From assembly GCA_963786955.1 (NCBI GenBank), contig CAWBAT010000009.1, positions 64,001 through 128,000 on the forward strand: a DNA stretch of 64,000 nucleotides, in the 5' to 3' direction. This document shows, piece after piece, positions 32,693 to 43,746 of the stretch. The stretch is from an uncultured Acidimicrobiia bacterium (GTDB lineage Bacteria; Acidobacteriota; Terriglobia; Versatilivoradales; Versatilivoraceae). Each line of letters starts with the position of its first letter. Positions within the stretch are counted from its first letter, which is position 1. Below the pieces are notes generated by a model. The model was not told the origin of the DNA and did no database searches. It saw only the letters and a list, made by a program, of their open reading frames with translations. The translations under genes were made by a program, and so were the position numbers.

Positions 32693-33001
32693 TCTCCTTC
32701 CCTAGCCCAGTCTGGATTGAATCCCCCATCTCCGGGTGAAAGACCGCGCCAGCGATACGTCGACTGAGGCTGTTTAATAATTCAACATTTACTCCACTCT
32801 CTCGCCTGTCTCTTCTCCTTTGCCATCGTCCAATCAACTCATTGAGATCGCCCACTAGGTTGCTGTAGAGCTCTTCCTCTCCTCCCTCGAGGGAGGCAGG
32901 ATCGTTCTTTCCAGCGTAGAATGACCTCTATCCACCGTTTAATATTTGGCACCTAAAATGATGAGTAATTCTTGGAGAAAATCGCAAAAGGAGGGCTGGA
33001 C

Positions 33002-33937
33002 GTGAAAAAAAGTGAGCGTTTACGAATAGCCATCATGGAACGACGGGCTCTAGTCGTACCCGGATGCTACGATGCCTTGAGCGCGAAGGTCATTGAGCAT
33101 TGTGGGTTTGAAGCAATCCAGATTTCTGGATTTGGTGTGGCTGGGTCTCGCCTGGGAAAACCGGACGTGGGATTACTCCAGATTCAAGAACTCCTCGACC
33201 TCAGTTGGAACGTGGCTCAAACCGTCCAGATTCCTGTGATGGCTGATGTGGATACCGGGGGAGGAAATGCCATCAACGCCGCCTGGGTGACGGAACGCCT
33301 GATTGGCATGGGACTGGCCGGAATGAATATCGAAGATCAGGGATTCCCGAAACGCTGCGGGCATCTGGCGGGAAAGACCATTATCCCGGCGGAAGAAATG
33401 GCCGGTAAAGTCAGAGCATGTGCCAAGATTCGAAACAATCGCGACGCGGAATTCATCATCAATGCGCGTACCGACGCCTATGCTGTGGCGGGAATAGAGG
33501 AAGCGATTCGCCGCTGCAATCTCTACTTCGAAGCCGGTGCCGATTTGGTGTTTATCGATGGGATTGGGACTCTGGCCGAGATAGAGAAAGCAACCCAAAC
33601 CATCCATGGTCCGCTTTCCGTTAATCTAATGGATGCGGTGACTGGCGTAAAGACCCAGTTGATTCCCGTCCCTGAACTTGCCCGTCTCGGCGTTGCTCGA
33701 GTTTCTCTCCCGGTGGCTTCGATATTGGTTGCCCACCAAGCCTTGATGAATTTTTTCAAAGCCCTGAAAGCTTCTCCAGAGGGACTCCTGGCGGGCCAGA
33801 CCCACTGGCTATCCTCCTTTTACGATTACACAGATTTCGTAGGTCTGCCAGAATACCAAGCGCTAGAGAAAGAGTTTCTGCCCAAGGAACAATTGGATCC
33901 AAATCCCAGCCAGGGGAAGAAGAACCGAGCTGCCTGA
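33002..33937 (+). CDS. Isocitrate lyase/PEP mutase family enzyme (PrpB-like)
   Basis: DVDTGGG, IEDQ, KRCGH and NARTDA. Confidence 0.9.
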   Translation: MKKSERLRIAIMERRALVVPGCYDALSAKVIEHCGFEAIQISGFGVAGSRLGKPDVGLLQIQELLDLSWNVAQTVQIPVMADVDTGGGNAINAAWVTERLIGMGLAGMNIEDQGFPKRCGHLAGKTIIPAEEMAGKVRACAKIRNNRDAEFIINARTDAYAVAGIEEAIRRCNLYFEAGADLVFIDGIGTLAEIEKATQTIHGPLSVNLMDAVTGVKTQLIPVPELARLGVARVSLPVASILVAHQALMNFFKALKASPEGLLAGQTHWLSSFYDYTDFVGLPEYQALEKEFLPKEQLDPNPSQGKKNRAA

Positions 33938-34349
33938 ACTAGGGCTCCGCCTGAGTACCCGCTAACCCGGCTCTAGAGGCACGCAGGGGAAGTCGAGGAA
34001 AAATCCCTTGAAAAAAATCCGAAGTCAGGGGATCTCCCTGACCGATTGCTCATGGCCCAATCATTTTCTTATCGTCATTTGACTTCCGTGAGCACTTAAG
34101 GAATGATCGGGCAATAGAATCAGATGCAATCGTTATCATGTTTTTGCCGCTCCCTTGTCAGGTGCAATCAACTTAGAGTTTTAAATGTGTGCTCCAGTCC
34201 GGAATCTTACTCTCAGTAGGCAAATCACATCAACGAGCGTAAAACCAAGACCCTCGCTAATCTCCGGGCAGGAGAACCTGCTCGCGAGGATTTTGATCCT
34301 TTCTTTCTAGCTACGGACGAATCGGGTTTACAGGGTGGCTTGTAGCCCC

Positions 34350-34377
34350 TTGACAAGCAACCTAAATGTACTAAAAT
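34350..34377 (+). promoter_or_regulatory. Sigma70-type promoter upstream of purC
   Basis: TTGACA-16 bp-TAAAAT. Confidence 0.55.
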
Positions 34378-34502
34378 GTCGGCTCACTTTTGCGAAAGGA
34401 CCAATCCATACTCTGTTGACTACTTTTTAAAAAGATCCAGTAGCCCGCAAACGAATCTCCGCATCGGGCTGTTGGATCCAGATCCATTCGTCATGGAATG
34501 AT

Positions 34503-35402
34503 ATGAATACACCGTCTGCTCAATTACAAATCGAGCTTCCAAATTACAAACTTCTCGGCCGAGGCAAAGTCCGCGACATCTATGAAGTCCATGAGTATCT
34601 TCTCATCATTGCCACTGACCGAATCTCGGCTTTTGACTTCATCCTGGGAACAGCCATCCCTCAAAAAGGAATCATTCTGACCCAGATGTCTCTCTTCTGG
34701 TTTCAAATGATGCAGGAAATAGTCCCCAACCATCTCGTCACGGCCGATATCCGCCAGTTTCCGGCGCCTCTGCCTGAATTCAAAGGGCTCTTAGAAAACC
34801 GATCGATGCTCGTCAGGCGGGCTCAACCTTTTCCCGTCGAATGTGTCGCTCGAGGCTATCTGGCTGGCTCGGGATGGAAAGAGTATCAAAGCCAGCAATC
34901 GATTTGCGGGATCCCGCTGCCACCCGGGTTGAAAGAATCTTCTGAGTTGCCAGAGCCCATCTTTACTCCGGCAACCAAGGCTGTCACCGGGCATGATGAG
35001 AATATCTCTTTTGAAACCATGTCGGAACTGATTGGGAGGGATACAGCAACTCGCCTCCGTGAGTATACTTTGAAGATTTATGCCCAAGCCCGCGATTACG
35101 CGCGAACCCGAGGGATTATCATCGCGGATACCAAATTTGAATTCGGACTTTACGACGGAAACATCATATTGATTGATGAAGTGATGACCCCCGATTCATC
35201 TCGTTTCTGGCCGGCCAAGGATTATGAACCGGGAAGACCGCAGAAATCTTTCGACAAGCAGTTCGTCCGGGATTATCTCGAGGAAATTCGCTGGAATAAG
35301 CAGGCCCCAGCCCCATCGCTGCCAGACTGGGTCGCGGAAGCCACGAAGAATAAGTATCTTGAAGCATACGAATTGCTGACAGGCAGTAAGCTTCCGGAGT
35401 AA
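34503..35402 (+). CDS. purC: SAICAR synthetase
   Basis: GKVRDIY, TDRISAFD, DTKFEFG and TPDSSRFW. Confidence 0.98.
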   Translation: MNTPSAQLQIELPNYKLLGRGKVRDIYEVHEYLLIIATDRISAFDFILGTAIPQKGIILTQMSLFWFQMMQEIVPNHLVTADIRQFPAPLPEFKGLLENRSMLVRRAQPFPVECVARGYLAGSGWKEYQSQQSICGIPLPPGLKESSELPEPIFTPATKAVTGHDENISFETMSELIGRDTATRLREYTLKIYAQARDYARTRGIIIADTKFEFGLYDGNIILIDEVMTPDSSRFWPAKDYEPGRPQKSFDKQFVRDYLEEIRWNKQAPAPSLPDWVAEATKNKYLEAYELLTGSKLPE

Positions 35403-35405
35403 GCG

Positions 35406-36077
35406 ATGGCCGCGCTCGAGGACTTGACTAATCTGGACTGGCTCGTCCTCGCAATTCTTCTGATATCCATGGTCGGTAGTTATATCCGGGGATTCGCTCG
35501 CGAGCTCATCTCCTTGACCGCTGTCATCGTCGGGCTTGTGCTGGCATGTTGGCTCTATCATGACGTGGGGTCGTTTCTGATTCCCTATGTCAAAACTGAA
35601 GACATTGCTTCCTTTTGCGGCTTCGTCTTTGTTTTCGTGGTCACCGTTCTAGTAGGCGGCATCCTCTCTTTCTGGGTTCGTAATTTTTTGCGTTTTGTAG
35701 ACTTGCAATGGATTGACCGGCTTCTGGGATTGGCGTTTGGGCTCCTGCGGGGATGTTTGATTAGTTCTGTCTTGTTTCTGGGTTTGACGACATTTCCATT
35801 TCACATCCAAACCGTCCAAAAAGCCAAGTTTGCACCGTACCTTCTGCTGGGTGCCAGAGTCCTTTCTGTTGTGACTCCGCCGTCCATCAAAACGAAATTC
35901 ATGGACGAATATCAGAAAGTCAAGCAGCTTTGGCTAGACGAGATCAAGAGCAAGGCCGTAGCCAACAGACTTAACGGCAGCCCTCCGGAAAAGAGCCGTG
36001 AGACCGGTCAAGCGAGTTCACTTTTTTTCAGCAGATTTCTTTGCCATTATATATTTCAATTAGAGCTAATTTCTTAG
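35406..36077 (+). CDS. cvpA: CvpA family membrane protein
   Basis: RGFARE and DRLLGLAFGLLRG; adjacent to a pur gene. Confidence 0.88.
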   Translation: MAALEDLTNLDWLVLAILLISMVGSYIRGFARELISLTAVIVGLVLACWLYHDVGSFLIPYVKTEDIASFCGFVFVFVVTVLVGGILSFWVRNFLRFVDLQWIDRLLGLAFGLLRGCLISSVLFLGLTTFPFHIQTVQKAKFAPYLLLGARVLSVVTPPSIKTKFMDEYQKVKQLWLDEIKSKAVANRLNGSPPEKSRETGQASSLFFSRFLCHYIFQLELIS

Positions 36078-36092
36078 AGCTGGGAGCGGGTT

Positions 36093-36299
36093 GTGAAAGA
36101 TCAATTGGAATCCTTAGTCACACAGATGATCGAGAAAGGTCTCTATCTTGAAGAAGCCATGGGCGAGATGGAGCGGCGCTTTATTCTTACCGTCCTTGAA
36201 AAGCATAAGGGGAATCAAACGAAAGCCGCCAAGGCCATGGGTATTCATCGAAATACCTTGAATAAGAAGCTGGCATCTTATAACCACCGTAAGAGATAG
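36093..36299 (+). CDS. Fis-family HTH protein
   Basis: GNQTKAAKAMGIHRNTLNKK. Confidence 0.9.
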   Translation: MKDQLESLVTQMIEKGLYLEEAMGEMERRFILTVLEKHKGNQTKAAKAMGIHRNTLNKKLASYNHRKR

Positions 36300-36342
36300 C
36301 GATTCCTCCCTTCTCTAGGCACGATTCTCTCCTAAAAATCGC

Positions 36343-36371
36343 TTGACACGACAGTGCTCGTTTAATAGTAT
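36343..36371 (+). promoter_or_regulatory. Sigma70 promoter of groESL
   Basis: TTGACA-17 bp-TAGTAT immediately before the CIRCE element. Confidence 0.8.
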
Positions 36372-36397
36372 TAGCACTCGTATGTAGAGAGTGCTAA
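36371..36397 (+). promoter_or_regulatory. CIRCE element (HrcA operator)
   Basis: Perfect TTAGCACTC-N9-GAGTGCTAA upstream of groES. Confidence 0.98.
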
Positions 36398-36453
36398 CAA
36401 GCCTAGAACATAATCGAAAAAAATCGCAAGCTTATGAAAGGAGAAGAGCTAAG

Positions 36454-36768
36454 ATGAAAGTCAGACCTCTGCATGATCGCATTCTGGTCAAGCGTATCGA
36501 GGAAAAAGAGACCCTGAAGGGTGGAATCATTATCCCAGACACCGCCAAAGAAAAGCCCCAGGAGGGACTGGTGGTAGCCGTTGGTAATGGAAAGATTCTC
36601 GATAATGGGACCAAAGTCAACCTTGACGTGAAAGAAGGAGACCACATTTTGTTCGGAAAGTATTCCGGGTCGGACATCAAGATTGAGGGTGAAGAATATT
36701 TGATTCTTCGCGAGGATGAAGTGTTAGGTATCCTGGCGGAATCCGCAAAATCGAAAGCATCGAAGTAA
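36454..36768 (+). CDS. groES: Co-chaperonin GroES
   Basis: [25 protein letters not shown] and FGKYSG. Confidence 0.98.
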   Translation: MKVRPLHDRILVKRIEEKETLKGGIIIPDTAKEKPQEGLVVAVGNGKILDNGTKVNLDVKEGDHILFGKYSGSDIKIEGEEYLILREDEVLGILAESAKSKASK

Positions 36769-36799
36769 TACCGGAATCTAACACGCAAATATTGAATGA

Positions 36800-38446
<1,647 letters not shown>

Positions 38447-38471
38447 TCCCCTGCCTTATCCTGCTCTTCCC

Positions 38472-38503
38472 AAAAGCCGCCTGCGCTGCAGGCGGCTTTT
38501 TTT
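38472..38503 (+). terminator. Intrinsic terminator of groESL
   Basis: AAAAGCCGCCTGC-GCT-GCAGGCGGC followed by T7. Confidence 0.92.
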
Positions 38504-38776
38504 GTTTTCAAAAGATGTTACGGAAGAGCGCAGGGGGTTAAAACTGGATTTTACGCTCGTCAGCCAGGATAATGCACTGATGCAAGAGACTCTCTTGAAT
38601 GACTTGGAGTCATACACATCATGGGCGCGAACAGAAAACTGGCTGGGTAATCCACCGGATCTAATTCTTGGCGAAAGGACACCCCTTGACTCATCGAGGT
38701 GCCGGACGGAAGACAATTGAGATAGTAGGTAAACCTGCCCAGTGACTTTTAGATTGTTCAATGAGGAGATACGAAA

Positions 38777-39382
38777 ATGAGGGTTCTAGTTGTCGGGGCA
38801 ACGGGCACTATCGGCCGCGCAGTTGTGGCGGCTCTTTCCCCACGGCACGAAGTGGTGCCAGTGAGCGGCCATCACAGCGCAATCACGGTCGACCTTGCAG
38901 ATTCGGGGTCGATTCGGGCCATGTATGACGCAGTCGGGATGGTGGATGCGGTGGTGAGCGCCGCAGGTCTCGCGAAGTTTGGACCACTGGATCAACTTAG
39001 CGACGACGATTTCGAATTTTCCCTCAGCAACAAACTGATGGGGCAGGTCAATCTCGTCCGCTGTGGTTTCGAGCATGTTCGAGATCGTGGCTCCTTCACT
39101 TTGACCAGCGGCGTGTTGGCGCGATTGCCTATGCCGGGCAGTGCCGCTATTAGCCTAGTCAATAGCGGAGTGGAGGGTTTTGCGAGAGCGGCGGCCCTAG
39201 AGGCGCCTCGGGGGATTCGGGTAAACGTCGTCAGCCCCCCTTGGGTGACCGAGACCCTTCAAAGCTTGGGAATGGATCCTTCGCAGGGTTTGCCAGCGGC
39301 ATCCGTCGCACGATATTATGTCGAGAGCATCGAAGGCACTCAAACAGGCGTGATCCTGGAAGCCAGCGAAATGTCACGCTGA
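38777..39382 (+). CDS. Short-chain dehydrogenase
   Basis: VGATGTIG, NKLMGQVNLV and RVNVVSPPWV. Confidence 0.9.
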   Translation: MRVLVVGATGTIGRAVVAALSPRHEVVPVSGHHSAITVDLADSGSIRAMYDAVGMVDAVVSAAGLAKFGPLDQLSDDDFEFSLSNKLMGQVNLVRCGFEHVRDRGSFTLTSGVLARLPMPGSAAISLVNSGVEGFARAAALEAPRGIRVNVVSPPWVTETLQSLGMDPSQGLPAASVARYYVESIEGTQTGVILEASEMSR

Positions 39383-39410
39383 CTGAAAGACTATCCGCAG
39401 GAGTTCCAGA

Positions 39411-39614
39411 ATGAAGCTCGACTTCACTGTCCTTTGGCTCCGCTTTCTGGTGGGTTTTCTACTTGGGAATATCCTCTTCCTTTTGCTACTCTTCTTGTTG
39501 CCTCTCAAGATCTCTGGTTTCATTCCACTTATTGTCGGACTACTCGCTATGATCTGGGGTGATCGATTCATCGCGGCCTTTCTGAAGCTTATTGGAAACT
39601 GGCCGGCTCACTGA
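39411..39614 (+). CDS. Small two-TM membrane protein
   Basis: AGGAG SD and two hydrophobic helices. Confidence 0.7.
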   Translation: MKLDFTVLWLRFLVGFLLGNILFLLLLFLLPLKISGFIPLIVGLLAMIWGDRFIAAFLKLIGNWPAH

Positions 39615-39626
39615 TGGGAGGGATAG

Positions 39627-40031
39627 ATGCTGATTTCTGTGACTCGATTGCGTATCCGCTCACCGCGCTACCTGCCGATGTTCATCATCTATTCGATTCT
39701 TTCATCCCGCCAGGCCAGGCGTGCGCCCGGCAACTGCGGCATCGATTTGTTGCGCGATGCCAATAACACCTATTGGACCAAGACCGCATGGAGCGATGAG
39801 AAGACGATGCACTCTTTCATGTTGGGAGGGATGCACCGTCGGGCGATGCCGAAATTATTGGACTGGTGCGATGAAGCAGCCACTGTGCACTGGACTCAAG
39901 AAAGCCCGCAACTGCCCGCTTGGCAGGAAGCCCATCAAAAACTTGTCAGCGAGGGACACCGCTCCAAGGTGAGGCATCCTTCCCCCGCCCACCTCGCATT
40001 TGAAATTGCGGAGCCGAAAATCCCCTATTAA
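39627..40031 (+). CDS. DUF3291/ABM-like dimeric alpha-beta barrel protein
   Basis: SVTRLR, YWTKTAW and HRRAMPKLLDWCDEA. Family assignment from memory. Confidence 0.65.
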   Translation: MLISVTRLRIRSPRYLPMFIIYSILSSRQARRAPGNCGIDLLRDANNTYWTKTAWSDEKTMHSFMLGGMHRRAMPKLLDWCDEAATVHWTQESPQLPAWQEAHQKLVSEGHRSKVRHPSPAHLAFEIAEPKIPY

Positions 40032-40160
40032 CATTTAAGACGCCCACCCCATTTTTCTTTACGTTTCTTTTGACTGGGTGGGAGGAAAAAGAATGGCCCA
40101 AACTACCCGTACCGCCATTAGCGGTGTGCCAATGCTCATAGTCGTGTATTCTCTACACTT

Positions 40161-40700
40161 ATGGTTCTGACGGCAACCATCTACAACCTTGCGATTCAAT
40201 TGGCAGATATTGACCGGGGGGTTTACGAAAAGCTCGATTTGCGTATGGCTCGCCAACCGTCTGAAACCGTTGAGTACATGCTCACCCGGGCGCTGGCTTA
40301 CTGTTTAGAATACCAGGATGGTATTGCCCTGACTGAAGGAGTTGCATCAGGAGATGAACCTGCCATTCTGGTGCGTGATTTGACCGGTCGCATCATTGCA
40401 TGGATCGAAGTGGGTGCTCCGCCCGCAGACCGGTTGCACAAAGGCAGCAAACTCGCAGGCCGCGCCGCCGTCTATACGAATCGTAACCTGGGTCAAATGA
40501 TGAATCAGCTAAGTGCAAAAAAAATCCACCGGGCGGCCGAGATACCGATCTACTCATTTGGCCCGGGATTCATCGAAGAAATCGCAGGGGCGCTCCAGCG
40601 GCGCGCCGAAATGTCGATCTCAATTACTGAGCGCCAGGTGTACCTCGATGTGAACGGGCAGGCATTCTCTACGACCATCGAAGAGCGTCGGATTGGGTAG
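40161..40700 (+). CDS. yaeQ: YaeQ family protein
   Basis: ARQPSET, DEPA, DLTG and WIEVG. Confidence 0.88.
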   Translation: MVLTATIYNLAIQLADIDRGVYEKLDLRMARQPSETVEYMLTRALAYCLEYQDGIALTEGVASGDEPAILVRDLTGRIIAWIEVGAPPADRLHKGSKLAGRAAVYTNRNLGQMMNQLSAKKIHRAAEIPIYSFGPGFIEEIAGALQRRAEMSISITERQVYLDVNGQAFSTTIEERRIG

Positions 40701-40811
40701 TCACTAACCAGGGAAATTCTCCACTGAGAGTAAAACCTGGGACCGTGGCAGGGGAGAACGAATACAGACGCAGTAAGTTTTGTGACAATTTCCTCCTCAC
40801 CCCCAGCCACT

Positions 40812-40921
40812 GGAGGTGTGAAGAAATTGTAGCGGCGCTCTATGAGCGCCGACCAAGTCGTTGAAATGCAAAGAAGACGGCGGTCACAGACCGCCGCTAC
40901 AGCCAATTCTTGCACATTCCC
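40812..40921. repeat. GTAG REP doublet (REPIN) inside imperfect terminal inverted repeats
   Basis: TGTAG-CGGCGCTC-TAT-GAGCGCCG ... CGGCGGTC-ACA-GACCGCCG-CTACA (40828-40901), preceded by AGGTGTGAAGAAATT. Confidence 0.8.
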
Positions 40922-41067
40922 TGCTCTGGAATGAATATACAAGGGGGAAGGATTTGAGGATGACCCAAAGTGTAACTTTACTTCGTGCGTTTGTATTATT
41001 TCGCTTGATTCATCTGGAGCGGACAGGCTCGACTTATTGTCGATAAAAAGCGAGTGGTGCAAAACCG

Positions 41068-42468
41068 TTACGTATTTAGCCAGATCGTAAACTCTGTCCC
41101 CCCTTCGGCCAAATTCTTCCACTCGATCCGTCCCCCGTGGCTTTCGACGATGCGCTGAGCGATTGGAAGTCCTAACCCTGTGCCTCCCCTCTTCGTTGAA
41201 TAAAAGAGCTGGAACAGGTTTTTGGCTTCTTCGGGTCCAATTCCCTTTCCGTTGTCTGCAATCTTGAGAAATGCCTCACGGCTCTCGACTCCGCTGCTCA
41301 TGGTGATCACGCGCTCGCCTCTCTTCTTGAATCGGAGCACGTCCTGGGCGTTGACGATCAGGTTTAGGATCGCCTGCTTCAATAGATCGTGATCTCCTTT
41401 GAGCGGAATTGACGACGGAGCAAGGCGGGATTCAAGAAGGATCTGACTGGCTTCACACTCTCTCGCAACGAGCTCCGCAACTTCTCTCAGTAACTGGTTC
41501 AGTTCCAATGGTTTCTTTTCCATCTCGAACGGCCTGGCAAAGAACAAAAAGTTTGTTGCTAAACGGTCCAAACGCCTGATTTCCTGCTTCGTCCCTTCGA
41601 GAAGAAGTCCGGTTTCGGCCGAGTTGGGTTCTTCCGAACTAATTTCCTCCTCAATCATCTGAAGATTCAAGTTGATCGAGTTGAGTGGATTCCGGATTTC
41701 ATGGGCCAATCCGCTGGCCAGAGTCCCCAGATAGGCCAGTTGATCCGCCATATGTGCTTCGGCTTCCACCATCTGAGCGCGTTTGAGCAGCCAGAGGACA
41801 TAGAACAGAGCTAGAGTCAGAATCAAGACGACAAAAGAAGAGCCTAGCCAGATGCGTTTTCGCACCGAGTTTCGGAATCCGGCAAAGCGGATTTCCATCA
41901 AGTGCGGATCGATTCCGACATGAACGATTAACTGAGGTTGATCGTTCAAGACAATCGGCTCGATGATATCCAGATAGGACTGTTTGATATTGGTCAACGA
42001 ATTGACAACGATTTTCGGAGGGCGTGAATTCCGTGAGGTAAACAAGATCCGTGAAAATTGATTTTGTTCCAGCGCCATGCCTTGGCGGACGGCAGTCCAT
42101 AAGATGTCGCCCTGTAAATCCTGAACAAAGATGTAAATCAGCTCTTCTTGCTGCGCGACGAGGCCTTCAATGAACACACGAATTTCGTTTCCCTTCTGAT
42201 CTTGATTCTGAGGGGACGTCTCTTTGGCGCTTATCCGCATATTCACGCTTTGAATCTGATCACGAATCTGCTGCGACAAGGATTCACAAGTCAAAATGAT
42301 CTCCCCGTCGATGCGTTCATGGAAGACATCGTCAGTCAAGCGAATGAGCAATAATGTGACGAGGACGATGACTAGAACAAAAAGAATCGTGCTGACATAG
42401 AGATGCCTCTTGAATACCGGGCGCCCCTTGATGATATGACGAGTTCCAGCTTCTCTTCGGCTAACCAA
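41068..42468 (-). CDS. Sensor histidine kinase (NtrB/HydH-like HisKA)
   Basis: LAHEIRNPL, NLIVNA, DNGKG and GTGLGL. Two TM segments. Confidence 0.93.
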   Translation of the reverse strand: MVSRREAGTRHIIKGRPVFKRHLYVSTILFVLVIVLVTLLLIRLTDDVFHERIDGEIILTCESLSQQIRDQIQSVNMRISAKETSPQNQDQKGNEIRVFIEGLVAQQEELIYIFVQDLQGDILWTAVRQGMALEQNQFSRILFTSRNSRPPKIVVNSLTNIKQSYLDIIEPIVLNDQPQLIVHVGIDPHLMEIRFAGFRNSVRKRIWLGSSFVVLILTLALFYVLWLLKRAQMVEAEAHMADQLAYLGTLASGLAHEIRNPLNSINLNLQMIEEEISSEEPNSAETGLLLEGTKQEIRRLDRLATNFLFFARPFEMEKKPLELNQLLREVAELVARECEASQILLESRLAPSSIPLKGDHDLLKQAILNLIVNAQDVLRFKKRGERVITMSSGVESREAFLKIADNGKGIGPEEAKNLFQLFYSTKRGGTGLGLPIAQRIVESHGGRIEWKNLAEGGTEFTIWLNT

Positions 42469-42599
42469 ATACCCCTCCTCACCCGCTCAAAACAACGCAG
42501 CAGATCTTATCCCATCTGTGGACAGATGAGAATCCGATCCTCTCACCTGCGGGTTGACAAATGGAGGGGCCAACGCTAATCTCACAGCCATCGATTCTT

Positions 42600-43721
42600 A
42601 TGCGAACTGAAGTTTTAGATTTTCTCATTTTGTCCCTGGCAGACGGCTTGGGTTGCCGCAGTGCCAATCGATTGTTAGAAGCGTATGCTTCTCCTGCGTC
42701 GATACTTGCAGCCCCTCAGGCAGAACTCATGGGACAGGGGATCTCCGAGTCCATTGTCCATTCTCTGCAATCCCAGGAAACGCGACGGAAGGCCGAGTTG
42801 GAACTCGGAAAGTGCCTGCAGAACGGAATCCACCTCCTTGCTCAAGATGACCCGGAATATCCAAAACTTCTGAAAGAAATTTATGATCCGCCGATAATCT
42901 TATTTGTCAAAGGGGATGTAAAGTGCTTAAATACGCCGGCTGTTGCGATTGTTGGCTCGCGACGCGCCACGCCGTACGGTGTGAATACCGCTGAAAGAAT
43001 CTCCCGGGATCTCGCCTCCCGTGGCGTGCTGATCTGCAGCGGGCTGGCAAGAGGGATTGATACAGCGGCACACCGGGGCGCCCTAGAGGCTCGCGGCCTG
43101 ACGATTGCTGTTTTGGGGAGCGGGTTAAACGTTATTTATCCCAAGGAGAACAAGCGCCTGGTGCAACAAATTGAGCAGCAGGGCTGCGTGATCTCTGAAT
43201 TCCCTTTGAACGCAGGTCCGGTGCCGCAGAATTTTCCGATTCGCAACCGAATCATCAGCGGTCTTAGCTTGGGGGTTTGTCTGGTGGAGGCCGCGGAATA
43301 TAGTGGTTCTTTGATTACGGCGCGGATGGCACTTGAACAGGGCCGTGAGGTCTTTGCGGTACCGGGAAACATTACCTCGCGGAATAGTTTTGGGCCTAAC
43401 CTCTGGATCAAGCAAGGGGCCAAGCTGGTGCAGGATTGGCAGGATATCGTGGAAGAATTTCCTCGATCCTTGAAAGAGTTCTTCCTCTTCAATCCGCAGG
43501 AACACCAGCCCGCTGGGCAGGAGGGGTCAACATTCGGACTTCTGACCGAGGCTGAAAAGGCTGTGTTGAAATGGGTGCCCGATGACGAAGCAATTCATAT
43601 TGACCGTTTGCTGGATCTCACTCACCTAAGTTCAGCAGAACTGTTGTCTGCGCTGTTGGAGCTCGAGATGAAAGATAAAATCAAACAACTCCCGGGTAAA
43701 AGTTTCTTGAAAAAGTACTAA
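42600..43721 (+). CDS. dprA: DNA-processing protein DprA
   Basis: AIVGSR, SGLARGID, FPIRNRIISG and SGSLITA. Confidence 0.96.
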   Translation: MRTEVLDFLILSLADGLGCRSANRLLEAYASPASILAAPQAELMGQGISESIVHSLQSQETRRKAELELGKCLQNGIHLLAQDDPEYPKLLKEIYDPPIILFVKGDVKCLNTPAVAIVGSRRATPYGVNTAERISRDLASRGVLICSGLARGIDTAAHRGALEARGLTIAVLGSGLNVIYPKENKRLVQQIEQQGCVISEFPLNAGPVPQNFPIRNRIISGLSLGVCLVEAAEYSGSLITARMALEQGREVFAVPGNITSRNSFGPNLWIKQGAKLVQDWQDIVEEFPRSLKEFFLFNPQEHQPAGQEGSTFGLLTEAEKAVLKWVPDDEAIHIDRLLDLTHLSSAELLSALLELEMKDKIKQLPGKSFLKKY

Positions 43722-43746
43722 GTTAAAGGTTGGCTGTCCAGGAATC

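Noticed and set aside
33938-34349. Riboswitch or hidden gene in the long gap before purC
   Set aside because: Only short isolated hairpins were seen, with no recognisable aptamer consensus or credible ORF.
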